Shown here piece after piece: positions 13,061-25,265 of a DNA stretch of 64,000 bases (the stretch's first letter is position 1; each line of letters begins with the position of its first letter). The stretch lies in assembly GCA_001687465.1 (NCBI GenBank), contig LVLI01000175.1, positions 62,001 to 126,000 on the forward strand, given 5' to 3'. This DNA is from Halocafeteria seosinensis (Eukaryota). The position numbers and the translations under genes are program-made. The notes under the pieces were generated by a model, which did not search any database, had not been told where the DNA came from, and saw only the letters and a list, made by a program, of their open reading frames with translations.

Positions 13061-15722
13061 TCATCGCTCCCCCACGTACAAGTCGAGTAGGTACGAAGGA
13101 TCTGGTTCTGATCCTCGAAATTCTTTGAAGACCTCCATGGGAGGTACAGCGCCTCCTAGTGACAAGACAGTCTCTCGGAACCTAGAACCTAACAATTTCT
13201 CATCACTGCTTTCCTTGAACGCCCCCCAAGCATCTTGGGCCATTACTTGAGCCCACAAATAAGAATAGTAACTGCGCAGAAGAAAGGAAATAAATGGCTC
13301 AACGCTGCGTTGCACTAAGATTGGAACAAAATGGATGTGGCTACCTACCCTGCTGCATAACCAGCCTGAAAAATATGGAAAAAAGAGCAAAGAAATCTAT
13401 CATCTTCTGGCGGTGCGATTATCGCGTGGCTGCACGATCAATTCAGCAAAAAGAATTCATGAGATACGGCTAGACAAACTCACTAGAAGGACTACAAACC
13501 TGCGTGCAACATCTCGCTGGATTTGGAGAAAGTCGAAACCGCACTTGAATTCGGTCTCGTCTTCGCGGTCTTTCAAGCCTCTAAGGTGCAACTCCATATC
13601 AGTGCGTGCAATGCGGAGTTGTCTCAACAAGAAATTGGCAGACATAAAGTACCGCGATCGTTTCAACTTCTCAATAAGCTGCATGGGTGAAGGAAGCTCA
13701 TATTAACGAGAAATGTACCACAGTGATAGCTAAACAGCGCTAACCTCATCTGACAAGGATTCACCAGTTTTGTGGTGACTTGATATTTTTCTCAGCATTT
13801 CCGTTTCAGTGCACCAATTCTCCATAAATTGGGATGGAAATTCAATAGCATCAATATCTATCCCTCGAATACCTGCAGCCAATATTGTGACGCTGGCTCT
13901 TTGCACAGTGGAAGAAACAAAACGATGCATCATACCCGCGACATCCACGTTATTCACACGAGTTAACGTGTGCTGCAAGCAATGCCCCATCTCGTGGAAT
14001 AGTGTCAAAACATCATCAAATCTCATCAAGGACGGATTTCCGGCACTCTGAGAAGCAGAATTGCAGAACAAAGCCTCTTGCACAGCGAGAGAAGGACTTC
14101 AAATTAATATCAATAATTCGTACCTGATTGCATATCACATATGCTATAGGTATGCGAACACCATCAACCACGAAGGGTTCTGAAGTACCTCCGGTACTAA
14201 TGTTGGAGCTTCGTCCGCAACATTCATCCATCCATGCTCCTCCTCGCTTGGACTCCGGGCGAGCATAGGGATCCAGATAGAAACCACCAATAGGGGTTTT
14301 GGAAATTTTGTCCTTGAGCAAAAAGAATGTGACATTTTTGTCCCAAACTGGTATCGCAGAATACTGACAATCCGGCTCATACAACAACGAGTGGAATTCG
14401 CCGTCTTTGTGGGTGGGAAGCTCAGTGACATCCACGTTAAATACGTTCTCGAGAAGGTCAAATAAACCATTAAGCACTCTCGGAAGTGGGAAATATGCCC
14501 GTAGTTCCTCCTCATTGACGCCGTATTTGGATTCTTTCAATTTTTCTGACCAATAAGGCAAGTCCCACGGCTGTAATTCTTCGTTGAACCCCTGCGCTTT
14601 AGCGTATTGTTTCACCTCCTCAACTTCCTGCTCAGCTTTGTTGTAGCACTGTGATTTCAAATGATCCAAGAATGACAAAACGCTTTCCGGGTGCTGCGCC
14701 ATGTTTGTCTGTAATGCGAGCTCAGCAAAATTGTTGTAGCCAAGCATATTTGCGCGTTCCTGACGGCACGCGAGGATTTCATCTATGTTGCCTCGGTTGT
14801 CCGAACCTACACCAACTTCACTGGCTTTCGAAACATGCGCATGATACAGTTTACTCCGCGTATCCCGGTCATCACAATATTGCAGCACCGGTACCACAAC
14901 CGTAGGATCTAAAGTCAGCAACCATGGGCCCTTCTCCGGGTCAACCTGAGAAGACTCACGCTTGGTCTCCTTGGTCTGATGTGCGTTTGCCATTGTTTCC
15001 TTGATGGAGTGCGGGATACCCGAAACAGTTTCGGGATCAGTAAGTTGCAGTTTCCATGCTTTAATGGAATCGATTATATTGTTCCCGAAAGTGGAACCAA
15101 GAGCAGATTCATGCTCTCTGAGTTTGGCGTATTCACTCCTTTTGTCTTCCGGTAGTGCAATGCCAGTCAGCTCAGCCTCTTTCCTCGCAATCTCGCTGGC
15201 ACGCTGTTGAGCTTTTGATTCCAGTGTTGGTTTCGGCGGTGTGCTGTCGCTAGGAGCCACATTGGTATGATAATTGTACAGATGGCGATTCTGAGCCAAG
15301 GCCGAATCTACCTGGGTTGCTTTCTTCTCTATCCTTTCGTTAACTGCTCGCACTTGTTCAGTGTTGGCGACGCCACTGAGATGCCTGATAATTCCCACAC
15401 TTCGTTCAAATTCATCTCTGACTGCCTGGAGCTCCTTGTAGTCTTCCGGAGACGCCAATACCAAAGACCCACCTTCCAATTGATTCAGTTTGGCCATGAT
15501 GTTCGCGTAAGCGGCGTCGGCAGCGCGCTCAAATTCACCCACTGAGTACTTATCGTATTTAGGGAGTACCCCGAAGTGAAACGGCGTCGGTTCCTCCGAA
15601 GCAGAGACTTCCTGGCTCCCCGAGCACGAAGTGTGATAGCCTACATTCTTCATCCATTGTTGTTGTCCTAGATGTGGCAATGGCACGTTAACTCTTCGAT
15701 GGACCAAACGCCGCAACATCAT
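13061..15722 (-). CDS. Oligopeptidase A (peptidase M3A), probably mitochondrial
   Basis: GGFYLDPYARPESKRGGAWM, HEMGH zinc motif, EFPSQFMENW, GYAAGYYSYLWA. Basic N-terminal presequence. Confidence 0.93.
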
Positions 15723-16028
15723 CCTTTGAACTAGCGTAATTTCCTTCTCTATACTTTGAATTCACACAGCACCATCATGACAATTCGCTGACATCTGCTT
15801 AAGTTCCCGTCCACGATTCCACTATAGTTGAGCCGACAAACTTTCCTCTCAGATGGCCAGGGACCTTTTTTGTCCCCTGTTGCTTCCCACTGTTGCCCGT
15901 CCCTTCCACCAAGCTTGAGAGGATACTAGGCATCCAGGCGAAGATAATTGGACTAATTGTCGGTATTTGGTAACACTATATCGAATCTTTTGAGATCCTA
16001 GTTGGAAAATTAGATAAGGAATCGGAAA

Positions 16029-16850
16029 ATGGGAGATATAACCTCGTATAATGGCTCTGCGGCCGTGGCAATGACAGGCAAAAACTGTGTTGCCATTGGA
16101 GCTGATACACGCTTTGGCGTACAATTCCAGACTGTAGCCACTAAGATGCAGAAGATTTTCAAGATGCATGACAAATTGTACTTGGGCATCTGTGGGCTAG
16201 GGACAGACAGACAGAGTTTATCGGAGGAAATGGAACAGGAAATCAACCTTTACACTCTGAGAGAAGAACGCGATATCAAGCCTACCACGTTTGCCAAGAT
16301 GCTGTCCACACATCTTTATTCTAGGAGGTATGGATGGCCCTTCTCTTTCGCCTGTAGTAACTTCTGTAGATTGGAATGACCCTCGCAGGTTTGCTCCTTA
16401 CTTTGTGGAACCGATAGTGGCAGGATTGGAAGGCAAAGAGAACAAACCTTATATTACGGCAATGGACCAAATTGGTGCAATGTCTTCAAGCCAGGACTTC
16501 GCTGTAGGTGGGACAGCTAGTGATAACCTCCTTGGAGTTTGCGAGAGCATGTATAGAGAAGATATGGTAAGTCCAGACTTAGCAATCTCGGGTTGGCGGT
16601 CTGCAAACTTCGTACTTGTGTTGTGCTTACGTGAGCAGAACCCGGACGAACTTTTCGAAACAGTTGCACAGTGTCTGCTATCGGGATTTGACCGAGATTC
16701 TGCCTCGGGGTGGGGTGGAATTGTCCACGTAATGTAAGTCGTAACCCCAGTGCGCAAAGAGTATGTTAGATGTCACTGTACATGTTTCTAAATCACCGCA
16801 GTACCCCTGAGGGTGTAATGACGAAGGAGCTGAAGGCCAGGCAGGATTAA
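16029..16850 (+). CDS. PSMB3: 20S proteasome subunit beta-3
   Basis: YNGSAAVAMTGKNCVAIGAD, PYFVEPIVAGL, DRDSASGWGGIVH. 3 introns. Confidence 0.96.
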
Positions 16851-17165
16851 TAATCCCATTAGAGGGTAGAATGGAGAGTCTAGCCATTTATAGTATCAAT
16901 AATACTTCAGATCTTCTACCGTTAACTTTGCATACCCACCTTAATAGGGGAAAACAAGCCCCATACTAAACCCCCGGCACGCCATTATTATAGATACCAT
17001 GTTTGGGGGCACCCTCGTTTGATAGGGACTGCAGTGTCTACACTAACATCACTACTGACACTTGGGGTGGTATGAAGTCTCCGTATTTCTCGGTGTCAAT
17101 CCGGAAAGTTCAGCGCCACGGTACTGATCGCCCTTGTTCGGCTTACGTAGAATGGAATGGAACCA

Positions 17166-17265
17166 GTGTACTGGTCTCATCTGCTTCTATGTTCTTGCAG
17201 CCCGATTCACTCACCAGCCAGCGTATGGCTTCCATCGCTCGTGTAACAGGCTATCCTGTATAGAC
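17166..17265 (-). pseudogene. Degenerate duplicated fragment of the 5' UTR and exon 1 of the NIPA-type gene at 34081
   Basis: Inverted similarity to ~34050-34150, including an exact 17-mer (17230-17246 vs 34070-34086). Translates MEAIRWLVSESGCKNIEADET vs MEPWRWLTDDSGGKEIDADET. Confidence 0.65.
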
Positions 17266-17614
17266 GTGCTTGTACTACAGCAGTGCTGGGCAATACACTG
17301 GGTATCAACGCTAACGCTCCTGCTGAATTGGGAACTCCTCGGACACAGCCTGCTAGAGCGCCTTAGGCCAGGCCCTTCTCCGGAGTCCTCGATTTCTTGG
17401 ACGGCCAGTTGGACCGGTTGAGTTGTTCCCTGTGGGCCATACGTTACAATTTGTAATTTACAAACTAAGCGGTAGTAGTCAACAATATTCGTAGAGCAGT
17501 TTCAGTAAATCGGCGGAAGCATTCTTCCCAGGAAAACTATCATGTGGCTCTAGATGCACATGGAAGATCATTCAGCAAACATGCACACTAGATGTGCCCG
17601 TTGGTGGAGTCTAG

Positions 17615-18800
17615 CTATTCTCCGAACCCGGATTCGGAATCTTCCCTCTGCTTTTTCCGCTTTGCTGCCTCCTCTTCTGTTTCCGCCAAAATACGTACAC
17701 TATATCCCGCATACGCGTTAAATCTGTCTCGGTCTAAGACGCTGACGCCGGCGAGTGATCGTATCGCCTCTACCAGAATTGCAGTCTTTCCGGCTTTTAA
17801 ATCGGTTTTGTTGTTAGGCAACTCTGACAGACAAAACGTGGCCAGCTGCTTGATAACATCGTCTCTCTTTAATGAAGAAGAATGACGAGACTTAAACTTT
17901 ATGCACATCTGCAAATTAGCATTCTGATAAAAATGTCACATTGTCGTTCGAGATATCAAAAGCATACCGTATCGGCTGTTTCTGCGTCTTCTAAAGTTGT
18001 TCCCTTGGACAATTCCTTGACAGCTTCATACACGTTCTCTTGATTGGCCTTGACCAATTTCTGTAAAGGCACCATTCTCAGAACGTATCTACTTGGTATC
18101 TGTTTTTCCTTCCTCGTTTTTTCGCAAATGGTATCAACGACTTTGACAACGTCAATATCCGAATCCTGTGAGCACCTCGTGGGAAGTCCAATCGTAGAAC
18201 TAACACAATGACTATAATCAACTTACCAAGCATACGATCAGTGTAATTGCTTGGATGCCAAAATTCAGATGAGCGAATCGTCCCTGACGAAACGCTCTCT
18301 TCCGCGCACTCTTTGCCAAGTTCATATCAGGCTCCACATTGTCCGTCTTGTGCTCTTGTTGTAGCTGATTTATCTCATCTTGGAGTTCTCGCTGTATATC
18401 ATTCTCCTCCTCTTCCAAACTTGGTCCCTCTTTGGCGGCGGCACTCGATTCCTTCCCTTGTGCTTTCGCCTCCTCTTCCTTTCGTGGAAATAGTTCATCG
18501 GCCATCTGCATATCATTAGTAGCAAGCTTCCATTACCGTAGCGTATATACGGGTATATTAATATGATCGTACTTCATTGAGCATTTCCATGGCTTCCATA
18601 GCAGCTCTCGGTTCCTTTTTCATCACACATGGCACCAGGACTCCACTCTTTCCCGGCGCAATAGAGGCCACATCATAGTTAGGCTGCTTGTATCGACGTT
18701 TGAGTGGCTCATCAGTACTAGCATGACTTGTTTTGGATCGTTTATCGTCATGAGCGTCGTCTGCAGCAGCTGGCGAGGAGCGCTTCATGGGAGCTAGCAT
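17615..18800 (-). CDS. THUMPD1: THUMP-domain tRNA acetylation adaptor (Tan1/THUMPD1)
   Basis: PGKSGVLVPCVMKKEPRA, RYVLRMVPLQ, KSRHSSSLKRDDVIKQLA...DLKAGKTAILVE. 3 introns. Start could be 18788. Confidence 0.85.
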
Positions 18801-19384
18801 CCAATCTCTCTACTGTAGCAGCGTGCGAAAAACAATAGGCAATGAAAATAAGGAACTACAATCCGGCATTACAAACTCTATCGATGGTCATTTTATTAAA
18901 TCTTCAGTGCCCGCACGTTGGGAAGAAGCTGTGCCATATGGACGAATCTAACAACTTAGGAACCAGGTCACAATTGTTTATTTATTACAGTATTTTGTGT
19001 TTTTGTGATGACTTTGCCGATTTCAAACTATTGACCCTATAGCGGTATTTTTAGAAGTGTAGGATTCAGTCTACCCTGGGGACCACTCACAATCATTGTT
19101 TTCTTACATTTACTATACACAGTACTTCACTACAGTACTTCAGTCGCTAAAAGTTAGCGGGATATCACTGGGACTACTGTAAGATTCAACATGTCCCCGC
19201 GCACACATAACGTGGCAAGACAGTCGTGCTGGGCTGACTTGCCTCCGAGAGCTGTAGCTCCCGTTTACCCAACACAATGCCTACGGGGGTGCTACACTAT
19301 TCAACAGGGAAGTAAGTTACAAGTAACCAACGAGTAACACACACAAGCACATTGTACAATCTGTAACACGGGCGCATACCGCTC

Positions 19385-19455
19385 CTCGTTAAGAGGATGC
19401 GGTCAATTCCCCGGCCGGTGGGCTATCTGTCACATATGTGTGTGTGTCTGTGTTA
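19385..19455. repeat. Left copy of an imperfect ~70-bp inverted repeat
   Basis: Reverse complement of 22606-22676. Exact blocks TAAGAGGATGCGGTCA, CCGGTGGGCTATC, GTCACAT, TGTGTCTGTGT. Confidence 0.9.
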
Positions 19456-19951
19456 GTCACCCGCATTCCGAAATGGCATATACGGTAACGTATGCTGCGT
19501 AACGGATGCAGCTGCTAAAACGGACGCTTAGAAAAATTAGGGTTGGGGAAATATACTTGTGCGGTAATATGAAGGAAGCACACCATGTGCACGTGTGTAT
19601 TAGTATTGCTACTGCCGGAAACTGTGCAGTTGCACACTAGGCTTCTGTTGAAGCTGCAACGCTGAACGCAGTGCCGCCTTACCTACAGGAAGCAAATCAG
19701 TGGATTGTCAGTTTGTTATTCAGTTGTATCATTGTTTCCCGTCAACTTCAGCGGTTTGTTAGATAGAATGTCCTGCTAGTGTTAATCATTGTTTCTTTCC
19801 AGTCTTTCGTGTCTCGGTTACATACCCCAGGATATCCTGGGGCCGACGTGTTGTTCTGCAGAGCTGGTTGCAAAGGGGACATACATATGCCGGTAAAGAA
19901 ACTATTACCATATGGGTATTCCTCTTTTGACAGGCAGTGCGTTTGAGAAAA

Positions 19952-22502
19952 ATGTCAAAACAGATTATGGAAAGGACGTCACTTGAGACGTCGTCAACAG
20001 CGTGGGAGGATTCGATAGAGCGGCTTGAACGACGGCTCACGGATTACAAGCAAGGGAGAAGACTCCCAGCTGCCTGCTCTCCTAAGCAGATTGCCGCAGA
20101 CCTCCAAGCTGTACTAGAACAGGAAGCAGATGAGGATGAAGTGTCCACGGTTAGAAGTTCTTCGGAAAAAGAATTCCATCAGCTGGTTAGTCATCTTGCT
20201 GCAGAGGACGGCAACATAATCACACAGATATTCCGAATATTGGAACCCCTCCAGATTGTATTGTTTAATCTCCAAAATATCAGACACTTGCAGCCCTTAG
20301 TTTATCCCTTATCGGAAGAGCTGCATCAAATAAGACAGCAAACAGCACGGGGGAAGCACGCTACTGCAGACTCTCGGGCGAAACAAATTAGCGAACTACG
20401 GCGTTTTGTTGGCGAAGATCCAAGTTTCCAGGACGCACGCGCATCTCTGAAAGAAGAGGATGGTCTATATTCACTTCCGAAAGGACAGCTTAAAGATGAA
20501 CAACTCCTCGCAGCATCAATAAGCGACTTATCGAGCAACATTGGTAGACTCAAAGACTCTCTTTCGCAAGTTGCTGAATGCGTGAACAAGAACAGCCAAG
20601 TGAAGAATCTTAAGAAACGTAACAAAGCACTTGAACACCATGTAAACTACATGAAGCAAGTTTTGAAAGAAGCCTCAGAAGAGTTAAAGTCATTGAAAGA
20701 GCAGAAAACCAGTAAGGATCAGCAAATAGAGGATCTCCAAAATCAGGTGAAAGAACTTGAGTATGTTCCAAAGACTGATAAAAAAGAGGACAGTAGCAAC
20801 GGTGATGAACGACAACGTACTGAGACTACATCGGGAGACGACACTAGTGAGGGCGTCAAGAGCACAACTATTACCGCACACGAGGACGTTGAGCAACTAA
20901 AGCAAAAATATCGTGGGGCAATGGACACAAACAATGAATTGAGAAACCGTGTGGACGAGTTAGATAAAGAAGTGGCTCATCTCAAGGAAAACTTAAGAGA
21001 TCGACGAGGCGAAAGCATCCTCGACGATATCGCTGAGGAACTACAATTTTCTGGACAAGTAATGGCTACTGACGCTGCTGAAGAGGACAAACTACGGTCC
21101 GCAATTGGACAAGATCAATTACAGGAATCTCTTGAACGTGTTCGGCATAGCCTGCTAGATGTTCAAGAATTCGAACGGGTAAGAGAATGCTGTCTCGAAC
21201 ATGAGCGTAACGTTCCGCAGAATGGATGGTCAAGTGAACTATCTTCTGGTGACCCCCCTCAGTGGTCTGACCACAATGAAGAAATACGGAAGTGTAAAGA
21301 CGAGGTAAGACTTCCAAACAAGTCATGGTATTGGCTTGACGATTGGTCTATTGAGAAAGGAGTGGATGTTGATGACAACGGTTGGGCGTATGGAGAAAAC
21401 TTTGCCGATTTGAATAACTCAGTCGTCAAGCGGGATATCCTCCGCCGAATGGCAGGATCTAATGATGCCGTTCGAAGACGAAAATGGATTCGAACTCGTG
21501 CGAAGATTGGATTGTTGTCTGATTCTTCGGCAATCGGGAAAAAGTACGGAAGTTCACGCTCTGAAGAAGTCCGAGAAGTGTTAACAGAATCATGTAAGGC
21601 AATATTGGGTTTAGCAAAGAGACTGCAAGCCCAAGATAGAATTTTGGAGCTGGTGACTACGGAACTGCGTACTCGTCGTGAGGTGATCGAGGCTTACGAG
21701 AAACGAACATCTTCACTTCTTCAAAAAATGGCAAGCGCCGAAGCTTCAGGCGATGTGAAGAAATTGGGTGTTGCTGCAGGTACTGATGTGAAAGTGATTC
21801 GAGGAAGAACCAGTGGAAATGTTCACGCTGCAGCGTCTCCTAAAAGTGTATTAGAGTCGCCCCTCTTTGAGAAATTTAAGAAACGCCTAAATGTGTCTCC
21901 AAGCAGGCAATCCTCAAAAGCAACAACAGAAACATTTTTGTATGCCGCCCAAGCAGGTGATGTTGAAAGATTGAAACAAATGTTGAAGAAAGAAGAGGTA
22001 AAATTGGAGGAAACAGACTCTCAAGGACGTACAGCTGTTCTTTATGCTGCTCGAGGTGGTCAAATCAGCTCCTTGGAGGCATTACATTTTGAAGGTGCTG
22101 ATTTTTCTCATGTAGACAGTAATGGACGGAATGCGTTACATTACGCCACACGCCAAGGTTACATGGACGCAACGGTGTGGCTTTTGTCTCAAGGTTTTTC
22201 AGTTCACACGACTGACGGTCATGCTTTGACGCCCTTACACCAGGCAGCTCTGGGGAAACATCCACGACTCTGTGAGCTATTGCTTGGCAAAGGAGCCGAT
22301 ACGCAGGCAATCGATATGGTAAGTCAATATGTTGGGAACTACCGAAGTATTCTTGTAGTAAAGTTTACGAAATACGGTATGTATATGTATGCAGCACGGC
22401 AGAACGCCACTGATGGTAGCGGAGCGCTTTGCTGATGACAGTGACGCATCCAGTGAAACAATTCAAGTATTGCGAACCCCGAAAACAGCCAAGGAATTAT
22501 AG
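19952..22502 (+). CDS. Coiled-coil/DysF/ankyrin-repeat protein; motor-less paralogue of the kinesin tail at 36917-41103
   Basis: Uninterrupted ~790-codon exon plus a final exon after an intron at ~22319-22394. DysF motif (PPQWSD...[10 protein letters not shown]...NGWAYG...VRRRKWIRTR) and ankyrin repeats ([30 protein letters not shown]). 5' end uncertain. Confidence 0.85.
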
Positions 22503-22605
22503 AGAAGATCACTACTCTTGTTGGGATGGCTCAACATACGAGATTCCACTTCGTGATTCGCGTTTTTCCTTCTTCTGCTTATCCGCTTACACACGTGCCT
22601 CAACG

Positions 22606-22676
22606 TTACACAGACACAGGCATGTGACGGATAGCCCACCGGACAGGAAGTTGACCTGACCGCATCCTCTTACGAG
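22606..22676. repeat. Right copy of the ~70-bp inverted repeat
   Basis: Reverse complement of 19385-19455. Confidence 0.9.
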
Positions 22677-23355
22677 CATCGGGGGTGGCTCTATACCGCG
22701 ACAGCGATGTCAGGATTACCGGAAAGGCTCAACCTGAGAGCGGACGGTCCTACCGTATGCCTGCCGCAGCGACGCCAGGATCGCGCAGTGAGGGTTGAGC
22801 GTTGGCCCAAACGAAGCAGTTGGAGCCATTGACATGCGGCCACCTGACTTGTGAGGGGACCAGAGTCCATTACAATCATAGCTGTTCGAAGTACGGCGAC
22901 GTTTGTATACTCTTAATGTATTTTGTTATCCATGAGTACAACCACTGCTATGTGAACAATTACCATGGTACATGACTGCTTTTTGCAAACTTCCACACAC
23001 GACCCACTGACTGCTCCATTTGCCCGCACTGACTGATGGTCCAGTATCAACCGGAAGGACTTTCAGTTTGACCGTTCATGCTCAACACTAGAAACCAACA
23101 AAGGACGCAATGGTCAGTGGTGGTCCAAAAGTCTGATGTAGGATATACGCCGCACTTGACACTTCGTAAATTCACGCTAGCTACCAGCGAGTCGCAGCGA
23201 CCCCAGGGGCCCAGCCGCGGGGAGCGTTGTGAAGATACTGACACGAGCCTTCCGCCAACTTTACAGTGTAAATGATTGTACCGACAGGGTTGTATAAAAC
23301 GTAGTCGCGTAAGCGTTTCAGATTATCAGGCATCCGGAACGTAGTGTGGGAAATA

Positions 23356-25179
23356 ATGCCTCCCAATAAAAAGCAGCAGAGGAAGAAAAAGCGCCGACAG
23401 GAATCGTCCAACCAGCAAGGCCAAGGCAGCTCACAAGTGGAGGAAACGTTTAACGGTGATTCAATATGGCAGAAGGACATCACTTCGCATGATACGGCCT
23501 CTGCGGTGAAAGCGCAATTTGAGGGAACGGACGGAAAGCCTTTCAGACATGCTGTACTGGAGAATCTATTCGATGAACAATTCCTGCGAATTGCCAAGCG
23601 AGAGTTGCTCAAGCAGGACTTCTTCGACAAAAAGAATGACCTGTATGATTTCAAGCAAACAGACTCTTTGACTAGAGTAGAGACGGGAGTATTAGAGCAG
23701 CTTCGCTCTGGAATCTACAGTAAACAGTTCAGAGACTTTCTGCGGCAGGTACGCCGGATGGATTTCCGCTGTTCCATTGCCTAGTGTATACTACCACCCC
23801 TCCCGCAGGTTACTGGAATTGAACTGTACGAAAATGTTGATATGAGTGCTGCGCTCTACTCGGATTCAAGCTATCTTCTATGCCATGATGATGATCTGTC
23901 TGAGAGGCGTATTGCATACATTATTTACTTAGTTCCTGAAGAGTGGGCAGCGAGTGTAAGCATGACCATTCTACTCACACAGTTATGTTCATTATACTCT
24001 CTCTCTCTTTCTTTCTCTTAACATGCTGTTTTTGTTTCCCCAGGATGGAGGGTGCTTGGACCTGTTCTCGTCAGATGCATCTGGAGCCCCAGATGCGATC
24101 ACGAAGTCATTGATTCCGAAATGGAACTCAATGGCGTTTTTCGAAGTATCCCATTTGGCATATCATCAAGTTGCTGAAGTTCTGGATGCTAGCAAAGGAC
24201 CGCGGTTATCTATTTCTGGGTGGTTCCACGGGAAACCGATTCCTCGACCAGAACCGCACATTCCTAATCCTCCAGTACTGATGGATCCTATTAGTATGTC
24301 AGACGACGAGGCAGATATTGCGAAATGGATCAACCCGCTGTATCGGCGACAAAGTGTCATCAGCCAAATGCGGGAACAGTTCAATGAAATGGCGAGTCTC
24401 CAATTAAACGACTTCTTGCTTGAAGAGAAGTACAAGCAGGTACTCATGGCTATGGGGGCACAAAGATGGCAAATCGTAAAGCCAGCTAATATGCGACACT
24501 ACCGGGTAAGCACAAGTGGGGGGCTGAATGGAAGTGATGAAGAGCCTACGGAATCGGAGCTTAAACTAGACAATCCCGATTATGCAACACTGAACGGTGC
24601 TAAGCCGGATATTCTTGCCTCGTTTTGTCGGTTTATAAGGAGCCCTCAATTTCTTGCTTACTTAGGAATGGTTACTGGTGCTCAGCTTAGCAAGGCTGCA
24701 GCCGAAAGCAGATGCTTCACTCATCAGGATTATAGTTTAATTTGTGACCCAGAATACCAGCAGGAAAAGAGGAAACAAAAACGCCAAAAAGCATTGAACG
24801 AAGATACTGAGGATGACGAAATAGTAGACGCGGAGGATACAGAAGAGAGGACGGTAATGGACGCAACATGGTGCTTCATCCGCGAGAAAGAATGGGACAT
24901 AGACAAGGGTGGGCACATCGTATATCTAACAAAGGATGAAGAGCTGTTAACGGTTCCTCCGCAAAGGAACTCGCTGTCTCTTCTTTGCAAAGAGGTAAGC
25001 TGATGTTCGCAATGTTCATTTACTGAATTCTTTTAAACTATGCTACGATTCTTTGATTCTGGGCACAGCCTGGCATCCTATCGTTCGTGAAATACGTCAA
25101 CCATCATGCTCCTGAAAACCGATACGATGTGTCTGCCCAATACCACGTAGATTCCTTTGAAGAAGGTTCCGATCAATAA
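23356..25179 (+). CDS. OGFOD1: Ribosomal prolyl 3-hydroxylase OGFOD1/Tpa1
   Basis: KPFRHAVL, KKNDLYDFKQT, LLCHDD...RRIAYIIYL, DGGCLDLF, HQVAEV, RLSISGWFH, second degenerate DSBH domain. Confidence 0.93.
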
Positions 25180-25265
25180 GCACATTTCAATCCATGATAG
25201 CATCATATCCTAGCCGTCACTGCCTTCTGAGTGAATTTCCCTTGGCGAGTCTATTGGACTCCTCA

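Noticed and set aside
19385..22676. Autonomous DNA transposon
   Set aside because: No transposase ORF and no recognisable target-site duplication; kept only as a hypothesis under findings.
22681..22860. TPP riboswitch, SRP RNA or RNase P/MRP assignment
   Set aside because: Only partial motifs are present (GGGG..CTGAGA, GTCAGG..GGAA..GAAGCAG); required conserved elements and spacing are missing.
2633..25179. Apparent cluster of RNA/translation-modifying enzymes (TYW1, JMJD6, THUMPD1, OGFOD1)
   Set aside because: Interspersed with unrelated genes on both strands; expected by chance in a compact genome.
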